A stretch of 60,067 nt of DNA. It comes from a virus (taxonomy: Duplodnaviria > Caudoviricetes). The DNA lies in IMG/VR virus record IMGVR_UViG_3300048623_000045, positions 1 through 60,067 of that record; one strand, 5' to 3'. Below, in pieces: positions 37,478 through 48,093 of the stretch (the stretch's first letter is position 1; every line of letters starts with the position of its first letter). The notes beneath the pieces are model-generated. The model was not told the DNA's origin, ran no database searches, and saw only the letters and a program-made list of their open reading frames with translations. Made by a program: the position numbers and the translations under genes.

Positions 37478-37942
37478 ATGAGCGAGAGCACGGGCCTGGT
37501 GAGCGGGTCCACAGAAGACGGCGTGAAGGACTTCACCCGGCAGCACGAGCGGATCAGGTTCCGCATCGACGGAGACCTGTTCGAGGCGGCGCGGGCGCTG
37601 CCCGGCAAGACGCTGACGGAGTTCGCGACCCGCTTCGAGACGATCGGCGCCATGCCGGTCGGTGCGCAGGTGGACGCGATCCTGGACGCGCTCGGGCTGG
37701 TGCTGCTCCCCGACTCCGCCGCGGCGGTGGCCAAGCGGCTGGGGGATCTGGAGAACCCCATCGAGCTGGAGCAGGCCAGCGAGGTCATGATCTGGTTGCT
37801 GGAGAAGTACGGGCTGCGCCCTACACAGCCGTCCTCGAACTCTGCCGGTGGGCCGGTCAGCCCGGTGTCTGGCACGAACTCGACGGACGTTCCGCAGCTT
37901 CCGGTACCGACTTCGCCTACCTCCCCGCCGACCGGTTCCTGA
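37478..37942 (+). CDS. Tail assembly chaperone (short form)
   Basis: KDF...IRFRIDG..F, WLLEKYGLRPT; precedes the tape measure gene. Confidence 0.75.
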   Translation: MSESTGLVSGSTEDGVKDFTRQHERIRFRIDGDLFEAARALPGKTLTEFATRFETIGAMPVGAQVDAILDALGLVLLPDSAAAVAKRLGDLENPIELEQASEVMIWLLEKYGLRPTQPSSNSAGGPVSPVSGTNSTDVPQLPVPTSPTSPPTGS

Positions 37943-38166
37943 ACCTGGTCTACGCGGAGATGCTCCAGCGGGTGCGGGTACACGAGGGCCAGAGCGCGGA
38001 GGACGCGCGGAAGGTCCTGGACAGCATGCTGTCCGTGGCCGGCTGGGCAGTACCCGGCTCCGGCCCGAAGCGTGTGAAGCAGCGTGACCCGAAGGCACCG
38101 TGGTGGTGGACCGATGAGGAAGACGCGTCGGACTCCTTCCTCAAGGCGATGGGGGTGAGCCTGTGA
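37819..38166 (+). CDS. Tail assembly chaperone, -1 frameshift extension
   Basis: -1 frame open from CGC CCT AC (37817-37824): PYTAVLELC...W.ELDG...LPADRFLNLVY...PWWW. Confidence 0.65.
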   Translation, partial: PYTAVLELCRWAGQPGVWHELDGRSAASGTDFAYLPADRFLNLVYAEMLQRVRVHEGQSAEDARKVLDSMLSVAGWAVPGSGPKRVKQRDPKAPWWWTDEEDASDSFLKAMGVSL

Positions 38167-40958
38167 GCGAACAGATCGGCGAAGCCCATATCGAAGTCGA
38201 TATGGACACCACCCCGGCGCAGCTCGCGCTGCGGGAGTTCAGCCGGGACGCGAACAACCGCCTGCACGACATCCGGGGCAGGTTCGTCGCGGAGGGCCAG
38301 CAGATCTCCCGCTCGCTGGAGAGCACATCCCGGGACACGGACCGTTTCGGCCTGTCCCTGCGGGGCCTGGGCGTGTCCCTGGGCCCGCTGGCCGGGATCC
38401 TGGGCAAAACCGCCCTGAGTGTCGGCAGCATCGGCGCAGCGGCGGGCACAGCGCTGCCCCTGATCGCCTCCGTGGCCACGGCGCTGGAGCAGATTGCCCC
38501 GGCCGGTGCTGTGGCCGTACCGGCGCTGCTGGCGGTCGGGGCTGCCACCCAGACCATCAAGCTGGGCATGATCGGCGTCTCCGACACGGTGACCGCCGCG
38601 TTCGACACCAGCGCGGCGGGGGCCAAGAAGTTCCAGGAGTCCCTGGACAAGCTGGCCCCGTCAGCCAAGGAGTTCGCCCTCACGGTGAAGTCCCTGGTAC
38701 CCGCGTTCACCGACTTCCAGCAGAGCATTCAACAGCAGCTCTTCACCGGGCTGTCCGGAGAACTGACGAAGCTGTCCACGTCCGTCCTGCCGGTCCTCCA
38801 GACCAACCTGACCGCCACGGCCGGGATCCTCAACAAGGTCGCCCTGAGCACAGCGGGGGCAGCAGCCCAGCTCGCCACGGACGGCACCCTGGGCAAGGCG
38901 CTGGCCGGGGCCAATACCGGGCTGACGAACCTGTCCGGGATCCCGGCGCTGGTTGTCACCGGGCTGGGCCAGCTCGCCACCGCAGCGGCCCCGGCGTTCG
39001 ACCGGATCACCCAGGCCGCTGCCGGCGCCGCTACGTCGATCTCGGACAAGCTGAGCAAGGCGTTCGCCTCGGGCGGGCTGGAAGACGCGATCAACACCGC
39101 GATCGATGTCCTGTCCGGGCTGGGGGACATCGCGGGGAACGTCTTCGGGATCCTGAAGAACGTCCTGGGGGCCGCGTCCACGGGCGGGGCCGGGCTGTTC
39201 CAGGTTCTCACGTCCATCACCCAGACGTTGCAGGACGCGACCGCGACCAAGGGGTTCCAGGACGCGATCGGAGCGCTGGTGCAGACCATGGGCGTCTTCG
39301 CCGACACCGTCGGTCCGCTGCTCGGTCAGGTGCTGGCTGTGTTGGGGCCGGTGTTCGTGGCCCTGGCCGGCCCCGTACAGACCCTGGTGCAGGCGCTGGG
39401 CGCCGGGCTCACCCCGATCATCACCGGTCTCGGTCCGGTCCTTGAGGGAACCGCCCAGGCCATCGGCGCGATGGTCGTCGCGTTCGCCCCGCTGCTCCCG
39501 ATCCTCGGGGACCTGATCGCGTCCTTGCTCCCCCCGCTGCTCCCGGTCCTGGACACGATCACCCAGGCGTTCACCGACGCGGCTCCGCTGATCGTCCAGC
39601 TCGGGGACGCCTTCGTGAGCGCCCTGGTCCCCGCGATCACATCGCTGACCCCGGTCATTTTTCCGCTGCTGGACGTGTTCACCCAGCTCACGGCTCAGCT
39701 CCTGCCGGTGCTGTCCGACCTGATCGTTCAGCTCCTGCCGGTCTTCACCGCGTTCGTGTCGGCGGTCGCAGGGGTAGCCCCCCAGCTCACGCCGTTGATC
39801 GCCCAGATTCTCCCCGTGCTGGCGGACCTGTTCGTCCAGTTGCTGCCGTCCATCGTCCAGGTGTCCACCGCGATGCTCGGTCTCACCACCGCGCTGCTGC
39901 CAGTGATCGGACTGCTGGCCCAGGCCGTTTCCTTCGTGCTGCCGATCATGTCCCAGTGGGTCAGCCTGATCGCGTCCGTGGCCGCTGTCCTGGTGGGGGT
40001 GCTGGCCGGAGTCATCACGAACATCGTCATTCCGGTGATCAACACCCTGGTGGCCCTGTTCTCCGGTGACTTCTCCGGCGCCCTGACGGCTCTCGGCTCG
40101 CTGTTCACCGGGATCTGGAACCAGATCGCCACCACGGTGAGCAGCGTGGGCGGCCTGGTCCGAAAGGCCGTCGACACGATCATCGGCATCTTCCGGTACC
40201 TGTACGACACGCTGGTGGGGCACAGCATCATCCCCGACCTGGTCAACCGGATCATGTCCCTGTTCACCGGGCTGGGGGCGTTCCTGTCCGGAGCCGTCGG
40301 ACGGATCCGCAGCACGCTGGTGGGGGCGTGGAACTCGATCGCCTCCGCCACGTCCACCGCCTTCAACCGGGTGCGCACCGCGGTCTCCGACGCGATCGGC
40401 GCCGTGGTGCGTACGGTGAGCGGGCTCAAGGACAAGGTGACCGGGGCGCTGGGTAACGTGGGCTCACTGCTGTACAACTCCGGCCGGTCCCTGATCTCCG
40501 GGTTCATCAGCGGTATCAAGTCCATGCTGGGGTCCGTCGGCAGCGCGGCGAAGTCCGTAGTGCAAAAGGCCCGGGACTTCTTCGGGTCCTCCCCCGCCAA
40601 GGTGGGTCCGCTGTCCGGCAAGGGCTGGACGCTGTACTCCGGCCACGCGTTCGCCTCCGACTTCGCCGCGGGTATCCGGGCCAACCAGTCGCTGGTGGCC
40701 AGCGCGGCCGGCCGGCTGGTTTCCGGCGCCGCTGCGCCCGTCTCCGCCGGGCAGGGTGTCGCGTCCCTGCTGTCCTCCACCCGTACCGCCCAGACGGTCA
40801 CCGCGCAGGCCGCGGCCCCGAACGTGAGCGTGAACACGTCCGCCCCGCGCGTCACGGTGATGATCGGGAACAAGGTGATCAACGATCATGTGCAAGTGCT
40901 GATCGACGACAACAACGCGACCGTGGCGCGCCAGCTCGCGCAGGGGGTGAGGACCTGA
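38163..40958 (+). CDS. Tape measure protein
   Basis: 931 aa, Ala/Leu-rich repeats, IGEAHIEV start, SPAKVGPLSG near the end. Confidence 0.9.
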   Translation: MSEQIGEAHIEVDMDTTPAQLALREFSRDANNRLHDIRGRFVAEGQQISRSLESTSRDTDRFGLSLRGLGVSLGPLAGILGKTALSVGSIGAAAGTALPLIASVATALEQIAPAGAVAVPALLAVGAATQTIKLGMIGVSDTVTAAFDTSAAGAKKFQESLDKLAPSAKEFALTVKSLVPAFTDFQQSIQQQLFTGLSGELTKLSTSVLPVLQTNLTATAGILNKVALSTAGAAAQLATDGTLGKALAGANTGLTNLSGIPALVVTGLGQLATAAAPAFDRITQAAAGAATSISDKLSKAFASGGLEDAINTAIDVLSGLGDIAGNVFGILKNVLGAASTGGAGLFQVLTSITQTLQDATATKGFQDAIGALVQTMGVFADTVGPLLGQVLAVLGPVFVALAGPVQTLVQALGAGLTPIITGLGPVLEGTAQAIGAMVVAFAPLLPILGDLIASLLPPLLPVLDTITQAFTDAAPLIVQLGDAFVSALVPAITSLTPVIFPLLDVFTQLTAQLLPVLSDLIVQLLPVFTAFVSAVAGVAPQLTPLIAQILPVLADLFVQLLPSIVQVSTAMLGLTTALLPVIGLLAQAVSFVLPIMSQWVSLIASVAAVLVGVLAGVITNIVIPVINTLVALFSGDFSGALTALGSLFTGIWNQIATTVSSVGGLVRKAVDTIIGIFRYLYDTLVGHSIIPDLVNRIMSLFTGLGAFLSGAVGRIRSTLVGAWNSIASATSTAFNRVRTAVSDAIGAVVRTVSGLKDKVTGALGNVGSLLYNSGRSLISGFISGIKSMLGSVGSAAKSVVQKARDFFGSSPAKVGPLSGKGWTLYSGHAFASDFAAGIRANQSLVASAAGRLVSGAAAPVSAGQGVASLLSSTRTAQTVTAQAAAPNVSVNTSAPRVTVMIGNKVINDHVQVLIDDNNATVARQLAQGVRT

Positions 40959-41875
40959 TGAGCACCCTGGTGGCGACCGCCGACAACGACAACGCGGAAG
41001 TCGAGCTGGTCATCGACTTCAGCAGCGTCTCGGTGGAGAATTCCTTCACCGTGGTGCGGGTGGAGCCGGACGGGACGGAGCACATCGTCCGGGGCGGGTA
41101 CCGGTTCGTTGCGTTTCCGGTCACGCTGGACTACTTCCTCATCGACACCGAGGCCCCGCTGAACACGGCCGTCCACTACCGGGCGTACGAGGACGTGGAC
41201 GGACTGAGCCCGCTGGGCAACTCGGTCACCTCCAACACGGTGACGATTGTTACAACTTTCAACTGGTTCAAGGACCCGGCGCGGCCGTGGGCGAACGTCC
41301 GGGTGGACCTGTGCCCGCAGAGCACACCGTGCACCGACGCCACCGACGTATCCCTGATCCAGCTCGGCAACAAGACCCGGGCCTCGGACGCGAACCTGAT
41401 CGGAGTCCTGGACCGGGAGAAACCGGCGGACATCTGGGCCCGGCGCAAGGGCATCGTCTCCTCCGTCGCCTTCCTCACCCGCAGCCTGGACGCGGTGGAC
41501 TCCGTCTACGATCTGTTCACCGCAGGCGGTCCGCTGCTGCTCCAGCTCGACCCGCTGTACGGCTGGCCCGACGCGTACTGGCAGCCGGGGGACCTGGCGG
41601 AGAACTACACCGGGTCCAACGACCAGCGGGTGCCGTTCCGGCTGTGGTCGGTTCCGCTGGTGCAGGTGGACCAGCCCTCGCCGGCAGCGGCCGGCCAGGG
41701 CACGGTGTGCTCCAACTGGTGCATCGTGGCGGAGCGGTACGAGACAAGCCAGGATCTGGCCAACACGGGTCTGACCTGGCTGGGCGTGGCGGACTGCACA
41801 GCAACACCCGTTCCGATCCCGGACGGGTACGGATTCGGCCCGTACGGCTCAGGCCCCTACGGCGATGGAGGCTAA
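40958..41875 (+). CDS. Minor tail protein (Dit-like)
   Basis: Follows TMP; DTEAPLN...Y, WFKDPARPW. Confidence 0.7.
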   Translation: MSTLVATADNDNAEVELVIDFSSVSVENSFTVVRVEPDGTEHIVRGGYRFVAFPVTLDYFLIDTEAPLNTAVHYRAYEDVDGLSPLGNSVTSNTVTIVTTFNWFKDPARPWANVRVDLCPQSTPCTDATDVSLIQLGNKTRASDANLIGVLDREKPADIWARRKGIVSSVAFLTRSLDAVDSVYDLFTAGGPLLLQLDPLYGWPDAYWQPGDLAENYTGSNDQRVPFRLWSVPLVQVDQPSPAAAGQGTVCSNWCIVAERYETSQDLANTGLTWLGVADCTATPVPIPDGYGFGPYGSGPYGDGG

Positions 41876-41878
41876 GCG

Positions 41879-43660
41879 ATGATCACTCTTCCCACCATCG
41901 GTCAGGACCCCTGGGGCGCAGACCTCAACGCTGCGCTGGCCAGTCTGCAAGCGCAGATCGGTGACGTCGTCAGTGTCACCGACGCCGCGTACGGGGCCCT
42001 GGGCGACAACACCACGGACGACACCACGGCGATCCAGGCCGCTCTGGACGCGGCTTACACCGACTCCGCCACGGCCCCGCAGGGCAAAACGGTCTTCCTG
42101 CCTCCGGGGTCGTACCGCACTTCGGCTCCGCTGGTCATTCCGCCGTACGTCACGCTGCAAGGCAGCTACGCGATGCGCGGTACCAACATCCAGACATCCC
42201 GGATCAAGCCCCTGGCCAGTTTCTCCGGGGCTGCCATCCTGTCGATGGTGGACGCTGCCACTGGCGGTTACCTGACCACGTCCGAGGGCCAGCGGATCAA
42301 GGACGTTACGCTGGACGGGAGTGTCCTTCCGGGGACGACCAGCGGAGTTGTCGGGACCGGTCTCGTCCACGGGGTCGTCCTGCACAACGTCAGCATCGAC
42401 CAGGTCACGGACCGGGGTGTGCAGTCGGTCAGCAACGGGTCCGGGCACCCGTACTCCTGGTACATGGACAACGTGCAGGTCAGCACGGCCACTCTGGACG
42501 GGTTCCGGTTCTCCGGCATGACCGATACCACGATGATCGGATGCCGGGCCATCGGCTGCGGCAGGCGCGGTTACTACATCGACGGCATGGCCAACAGCTC
42601 GTTCACCGCCTGCCGCTCGGAGTTCGCAGGAGAGCGGGGCTGGTACATCACCGGTTCGTGGGGCACCGGCACCGGGTCGGGTGGAGGGACCTGGCAGGGC
42701 TGCTCCACCGACCGCAGTGTGCAGAGCGGTTTCTACATTGATGCAGCCGGCAACGCCCCGCTGGTCTTCACCGGCACCATGGCGCGCCGCGACGGCTCCG
42801 GTTCGACCAGCTCAGGGTACGCAGGCGTTGCGGTCGTCAGCGCCACGGCCCCGGTGACGCTGAGCGGGCTGACGACGTACCCCGGGGTGAACGACGACGG
42901 ATCCGGCAACGCGACCCCCCAGTACGGGCTGTCCGTCACCGGGTCCCTTTCGGTCTCCTACGCGGGAGCATCGCTGCACGCGATCACCGCAGGGTTCTTC
43001 GACGGAGGCACCAACACGCTGATCGGGCGGGGCATCGGCGTACTGGAACGTACGGGGGGCACCGCGTCCCCGGTGGACGTGGTCCGGGGTGTCCAGACAT
43101 ACGGGTCCACCGGTGGGAGTCTGGCGACGGACGGCCATACCTTCGGTATGGCGCAGCCGGGCAATCACGACCTGATCGCCTGGACGGCGGACCCGGCGCT
43201 GGCCCTGGGCAGCAAGCTGATGATCAACGGGACGGTTTACCTGGCGGGCTTGTTCGTCAGCAAGCCGGTCACCGCGACAAAACTGTTCTGGGGGATCGGC
43301 ACCGTAGGTGTCACGGCTACAGCCGGACAGAACTTCATCGGTCTGTACGACTCCACCGGGGCACGTCTGGCGAACGTCGGGATCGACGCCCGGGTGACCA
43401 CCACCGGGCTGTTCACCGAGACCATTTCAGTGGCGCTCACGCCGGGCCAGTACTGGGTGGGGATCGTCGTCAACGCGGCGACCGCCCCGCAGATCTGGCG
43501 TAGCGGTGACCTCAACGCGACCGTGACCAACGTGGGTATCCCGACTGCTGCCCGGAAGCGTTTCGCCACCAACGGAACGGCACAGACATCGCTTCCCAGC
43601 CCCATCACTCCGAGCAGCAACGCGGACAGCCAGTTCACCATCTGGGCGGCGCTCGCCTGA
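41879..43660 (+). CDS. Tail spike/fibre with pectate-lyase-like beta-helix (possible depolymerase)
   Basis: YGALGDNTTDDTTAIQAALD, VFLPPGSY, repetitive beta strands. Confidence 0.7.
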   Translation: MITLPTIGQDPWGADLNAALASLQAQIGDVVSVTDAAYGALGDNTTDDTTAIQAALDAAYTDSATAPQGKTVFLPPGSYRTSAPLVIPPYVTLQGSYAMRGTNIQTSRIKPLASFSGAAILSMVDAATGGYLTTSEGQRIKDVTLDGSVLPGTTSGVVGTGLVHGVVLHNVSIDQVTDRGVQSVSNGSGHPYSWYMDNVQVSTATLDGFRFSGMTDTTMIGCRAIGCGRRGYYIDGMANSSFTACRSEFAGERGWYITGSWGTGTGSGGGTWQGCSTDRSVQSGFYIDAAGNAPLVFTGTMARRDGSGSTSSGYAGVAVVSATAPVTLSGLTTYPGVNDDGSGNATPQYGLSVTGSLSVSYAGASLHAITAGFFDGGTNTLIGRGIGVLERTGGTASPVDVVRGVQTYGSTGGSLATDGHTFGMAQPGNHDLIAWTADPALALGSKLMINGTVYLAGLFVSKPVTATKLFWGIGTVGVTATAGQNFIGLYDSTGARLANVGIDARVTTTGLFTETISVALTPGQYWVGIVVNAATAPQIWRSGDLNATVTNVGIPTAARKRFATNGTAQTSLPSPITPSSNADSQFTIWAALA

Positions 43661-44769
43661 TGCTGACCGCGACTCCAACGTACCGGTCGGTTCTGACCGG
43701 TCCGCACAAGCGGTACACCACGCTGGACGTGTTCCAGGGCGGGGTTCAGGTCGCGAGCGTCCCCGACCTGACATTCAGCGCCGGGTCGGTGACCGCAAAC
43801 CTCACCTCCCGGGTGACCCGGTCCGCGTCCCTGACGTTCTCCGACGCGGACTTTCCCGGGGACGTGAACTCGGTCCTGTCCCCGTATCAGAGCGTGATCC
43901 GGATCAGTACGGGGATCCAGTACCCGGACGGGCTGTGGGAGGTCTTCCCGGTCTTCACCGGCCGGGTGTACACCCCGCAGCGCCAGGCGGACGGCACGGT
44001 GACGGTCCGGGCGGACGACCGCGCGGCCGATGTGGTGGCGTACCGGTTCGAGGCCCCGCAGAACGTCGGGGCCTCCACCACGGTGCTCACCGAGATCCGC
44101 AAGCTGATCACCCAGGCGGTGCCCGAGGCCACGTACGGCACGGATGACGTGACCGACCAGAACTCCCCGGCGCTGACCTGGGACGAAGACCGGGGCCAGG
44201 CTCTGGACGATCTGTCGGAGGTGTTGCAGGGCCGCTGGTACTCACTCGGCAACGGGGACTTCGTGGTGCGCCTGTTCCCCTACGCGCTGGGGCCGGTGGT
44301 CTCCGACATCAGCGACGGACCGGCCGGGCTGCTGTCCACTGCCAACCGCACGCTGACCCGGGACGGGGTGGTGAACTCCGTGACCGTGGTGGCGGAGCGC
44401 ATCGACGGAACGACCCCCATCCGGGTGACCGCGCGGAACACGGACTCCTCCTCCCCGACCATGTTCGGGGACCTGTACGGCCGCGTGTCCCAGGTCATCA
44501 AGATCCAGACTCCGCTGACTTCGTCGGACGCGCAGGCGCTGGCGGTGCAGCAGCTCGCGGCCCAGTCCGCTCTTGCGGAGCAATGGTCGGTGCAGATGGT
44601 GCCGGATTCCACGCTGGAGCCCGGCGACACGGTACGGCTGAGCTACCGGGGGCAGACAGCGGACCAGGTCATTGATTCGATCACGTACCCTCTGACCACG
44701 GACGGAACGATGAGCCTGAGCACCCGCTCAGCGATAGCCCCGCCGGTCACCGTCGGGGAAGGGACCTGA
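43660..44769 (+). CDS. Minor tail protein (baseplate hub-like)
   Basis: FPVFTGRV, WDEDR, NSVTV, LEPGD; position in the tail module. Confidence 0.7.
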   Translation: MLTATPTYRSVLTGPHKRYTTLDVFQGGVQVASVPDLTFSAGSVTANLTSRVTRSASLTFSDADFPGDVNSVLSPYQSVIRISTGIQYPDGLWEVFPVFTGRVYTPQRQADGTVTVRADDRAADVVAYRFEAPQNVGASTTVLTEIRKLITQAVPEATYGTDDVTDQNSPALTWDEDRGQALDDLSEVLQGRWYSLGNGDFVVRLFPYALGPVVSDISDGPAGLLSTANRTLTRDGVVNSVTVVAERIDGTTPIRVTARNTDSSSPTMFGDLYGRVSQVIKIQTPLTSSDAQALAVQQLAAQSALAEQWSVQMVPDSTLEPGDTVRLSYRGQTADQVIDSITYPLTTDGTMSLSTRSAIAPPVTVGEGT

Positions 44770-44772
44770 GCT

Positions 44773-45318
44773 GTGGACCTGACACCGAACCGGAACTATC
44801 CGTTCCCGCAGTGCGACCCCCCATTGGTCAAGGACGCAGCGAACGCCCCGGTCCAGACCCGCGCGCTGGCGGAAGCGATGGATGCGGACTTCACGACGAT
44901 CGACACCCTGATCGAATCCACTTACCAGCTCCCCACCACGATCCTGCGCATCAGCGCCGCCACTTCCATCGCCAGCGGCGACGATGTGCCGTTCGACGTG
45001 GTGGAGTACGACCCGCAGGGCTGGGCCACCGGGGACACCGTCGCCGCCCCACCGGGTCTTTGGCTTGTCACAGGCTTTGCAGGATCAGTAGCCGGAGTGA
45101 ACGTGCAGTCCCTGGCCGTCCAGTTCACCGGAGACGGCTCCGGGTTCTTCCTTCAGGGCACGTCCCCGCCTGCTTCCGGCTTCGGCCGGATGACCGCCAG
45201 CGGGGTCACGAACCGGGTGAGCGGCGCGGCGCTGGGGATGCGGGTCTTCTACTCCGGAACGTCCCCGTCGAATTTCGACAACTGCTGGTTCTCCGCAACC
45301 AGGCTGGTGGCTCTGTGA
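44773..45318 (+). CDS. Minor tail protein
   Basis: TPNRNYPFP N-terminus; tail module. Confidence 0.6.
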   Translation: MDLTPNRNYPFPQCDPPLVKDAANAPVQTRALAEAMDADFTTIDTLIESTYQLPTTILRISAATSIASGDDVPFDVVEYDPQGWATGDTVAAPPGLWLVTGFAGSVAGVNVQSLAVQFTGDGSGFFLQGTSPPASGFGRMTASGVTNRVSGAALGMRVFYSGTSPSNFDNCWFSATRLVAL

Positions 45319-46052
45319 TGGCGTCCACGCGCATGGCCAAAGCGGTGCAGTCGGTCGCCCCCCGGCCGGGCATCTACCGGGTGGGCACGGTATCCACGAT
45401 CACCGCCACGACACTGGACGTGGTGGTGGGGAGCACGACCATCACGGCCGCGTACCTGGACTCCTACGCCGCTGCCGAAGGGGATCTGGTGGTGGTGGGT
45501 AACCAGGACGCGAGCTGGATCGTGCTCGGCAAGCAGGCGGGGGTGGGGCCCAACCTGGTGCAGAACGGAGGCTTCGAAGCCGACGGGGAGATGCCGGGCG
45601 TACCGTCCGACTGGTTCCTGTACGACGAATCAGGTACGGCTACCACCCAGGTGCTCCAGGTCACTGACGCCCCGTCGGGGGACTTCGTGCTCCAGATCAA
45701 TCCGGACCTGTCCGCGCGCACCACGGTGATGTACAGCCAGCCGTGGGCGGTGGAGCCCGGCCAGACGTACGCCCTGTCCGCGTTCGCCGGCGGGGTGGAC
45801 GACTCGACCGGGGACATCGAACTGCATCTGCTGTGCTTCGCCAGCGCCACCGACCTGATGCCCACCACGACCGACAACGTGACCGCGGCGAGCGTCAACG
45901 ACGTGGGGATCCCGGCCCCGTACACGTCGATCTCCGGCAGCGCGGTGGTCCCGGTGGGCACGGCAGCGTTCGCCCGTCTCGGGCTGCGCTCGGTGCTGGC
46001 CTCAGGCGTCGGCATGCAATGGGACTTTTGCGTGGCAAGGAGGACCGGATGA
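45318..46052 (+). CDS. Minor tail protein with carbohydrate-binding-like domain
   Basis: NLVQNGGFE, VEPGQTYALS. Confidence 0.6.
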   Translation: MASTRMAKAVQSVAPRPGIYRVGTVSTITATTLDVVVGSTTITAAYLDSYAAAEGDLVVVGNQDASWIVLGKQAGVGPNLVQNGGFEADGEMPGVPSDWFLYDESGTATTQVLQVTDAPSGDFVLQINPDLSARTTVMYSQPWAVEPGQTYALSAFAGGVDDSTGDIELHLLCFASATDLMPTTTDNVTAASVNDVGIPAPYTSISGSAVVPVGTAAFARLGLRSVLASGVGMQWDFCVARRTG

Positions 46053-46618
46053 CCGCGAACACAGCCACCTGGGGCCTTACGTACCAGGTCTTCACCGACC
46101 CGGCCGACATCAGTCAGTCGATCCAGGATCTGGCGGACACCGCGGACACCGCTGTGCAGTCCCTGTACGACGCGCAGGCGATCGGCGAGGCGAAGCCGGC
46201 CATGCGCGCGGCGACCACGGCCACCCAGTCGATCCCCGACAACACCAACACGAACCTGACGTGGGGCGCCGGGTCGGAGTCGTTCGACAACGATTCGATG
46301 TGGGACGATTCGGTCACCAACGACACGCTGGTCTTCACTCATGCCGGGATCTACTTGGTGTCGCTGCGGTGCACCTTCCTGGCGACCGCGTCCGGGGGCG
46401 GTGTCCGGCAGATCGCGTTCACCCATTCCTCACTCGGGCTGGTGGCCCGCAATGCCCAGCTCGGCACTGTGTCCGACGGGGCGGTGCTCAGCACGGTCGC
46501 TGTGGTCCCGGTGTACGTGGCCGGGCAGACGATGACGTTCCAGGCGCTCCAGACTTCCAGCGCGGCGCTGAACACGGCCACCAAGCAGCTCCAGTCCTTC
46601 CGCCTGTCCACACTCTGA
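46049..46618 (+). CDS. Minor tail protein
   Basis: AGGAGG RBS; AGIYLV beta-sandwich motif. Confidence 0.6.
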   Translation: MTANTATWGLTYQVFTDPADISQSIQDLADTADTAVQSLYDAQAIGEAKPAMRAATTATQSIPDNTNTNLTWGAGSESFDNDSMWDDSVTNDTLVFTHAGIYLVSLRCTFLATASGGGVRQIAFTHSSLGLVARNAQLGTVSDGAVLSTVAVVPVYVAGQTMTFQALQTSSAALNTATKQLQSFRLSTL

Positions 46619-46633
46619 GAGGGAGGGCGAACC

Positions 46634-47167
46634 GTGGGAACGACCGCCAACCGCAGTTACCCCTACCCGGACCCGACTGACGCTGCCGATTTCGCAGGGG
46701 GGCTGGAAGCCCTGGCCCGCGCGGTGGACACCGATGCCCAGGCGCTGGACGACCTGATCACCGCGCCTCCGCTGGCCGTGTTCGACGGAGACGACTTCCC
46801 CAGCATCTTCCCCGGGGTGGAAGGCAATGCCGCGTACAGCCGGGTGATCTACAGCAACGGAGCCGGAACGATCAACTCCGGTGGCTCGATCACGGTGGCG
46901 CTCCCGGGGACGTACTTCCTCCAGTTCATCGTCCGGGCCCCGGACGTGACCTCGGTCCTGGAAGCGTTCATCCGCGTCAACGGGACCGACTACGGCCGGG
47001 TGATCCATGAGGGTAACGCCCCGGCCCAGCCACGGCTGATGGTCAGCGCCCTGGTCCCGAACATGGTCGCGGGAGACGTGATCCGCACCACGGTGATCCA
47101 GAACACCGGGGCGCTGGCAGCCATCTTCGGCGGTCCCCGCCTGACCATGTACCGCGTAGCTCCCTGA
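46634..47167 (+). CDS. Minor tail protein
   Basis: TANRSYPYP N-terminus; PGTY motif. Confidence 0.6.
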   Translation: MGTTANRSYPYPDPTDAADFAGGLEALARAVDTDAQALDDLITAPPLAVFDGDDFPSIFPGVEGNAAYSRVIYSNGAGTINSGGSITVALPGTYFLQFIVRAPDVTSVLEAFIRVNGTDYGRVIHEGNAPAQPRLMVSALVPNMVAGDVIRTTVIQNTGALAAIFGGPRLTMYRVAP

Positions 47168-47191
47168 CCAGGACGGACGAAGGAGGAACCG

Positions 47192-48082
47192 ATGACGACA
47201 GCCCCGATGACCGCCGACCAGCTCACCGCGCAGCTCGGTCGGTGGGGCGTGAAGTTCACCGAGCACCCCGGCTGGCGGACCAACAACCGGGCCGGGCACG
47301 GCGCCTGGGGCCCGGTCAACGGGTCCATGATCCACCACACCGCGTCCGGCGACGGCGCCGGGATCGTCGAGACGTGTTACTCCGGCCGGGCCGACCTGCC
47401 GGGCCCGTTGTGCACCGGGGTCGTCCACAAGGACGGCACGGTGACGCTGGTCGGCAACGGCCGGTCCAACCATGCCGGCGCCGGCGCGCTCAACGTCTAC
47501 AGCGCCGTGCTGGACGAGACCCGGATCCCGGCGCCGGGGGCCGACACGGTGGACGGGAACGCGCACTTCTACGGGTGGGAGTGCGTGAACCTGGGCACCG
47601 GCAAGGACCCGTGGCCCGATGTGCAGCTCGAAGCCATGGTCCGGGTACAGGCCGCGGTCTGCGAGTTCCACGGCTGGGGCGCCCAGTCGGTGATCGGGCA
47701 TCTGGAGTGGACCACCCGGAAGATCGACCCGCGCGGATTCACTATGGTGGGCATGCGGGCACTGGTGGCCGCGCACCTGGCAGCCGGACCGAGCACGGAG
47801 GACGACGTGACGACAGTGGACCTGAGCAGTACCAGCATCGAGACCGTGGCAACCCGCGTCCTGCTCAAGGACAACGTCATTGCCAACCCGGTGGAGGACG
47901 ACCCGAACAAGTTCATCACCCTGGCCACATCGGTGCGCAACATCGAGACCGTAGCCCGGCGCACCGAGACGGCCGTGAACGCGCTCAAGGTCACCGGCAC
48001 CCCCGTCACGCTGACCGACGAACAGACCACCGCCATCGCAACCAAGGTGGCGGACCTGCTCGCTGCCAGACTCGCTTCCTGA
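47192..48082 (+). CDS. Endolysin, N-acetylmuramoyl-L-alanine amidase
   Basis: MIHHTA, GRSNHAG, YGWE, IGHLEW..RKIDP. Confidence 0.9.
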   Translation: MTTAPMTADQLTAQLGRWGVKFTEHPGWRTNNRAGHGAWGPVNGSMIHHTASGDGAGIVETCYSGRADLPGPLCTGVVHKDGTVTLVGNGRSNHAGAGALNVYSAVLDETRIPAPGADTVDGNAHFYGWECVNLGTGKDPWPDVQLEAMVRVQAAVCEFHGWGAQSVIGHLEWTTRKIDPRGFTMVGMRALVAAHLAAGPSTEDDVTTVDLSSTSIETVATRVLLKDNVIANPVEDDPNKFITLATSVRNIETVARRTETAVNALKVTGTPVTLTDEQTTAIATKVADLLAARLAS

Positions 48083-48093
48083 GAGGAACCGTC

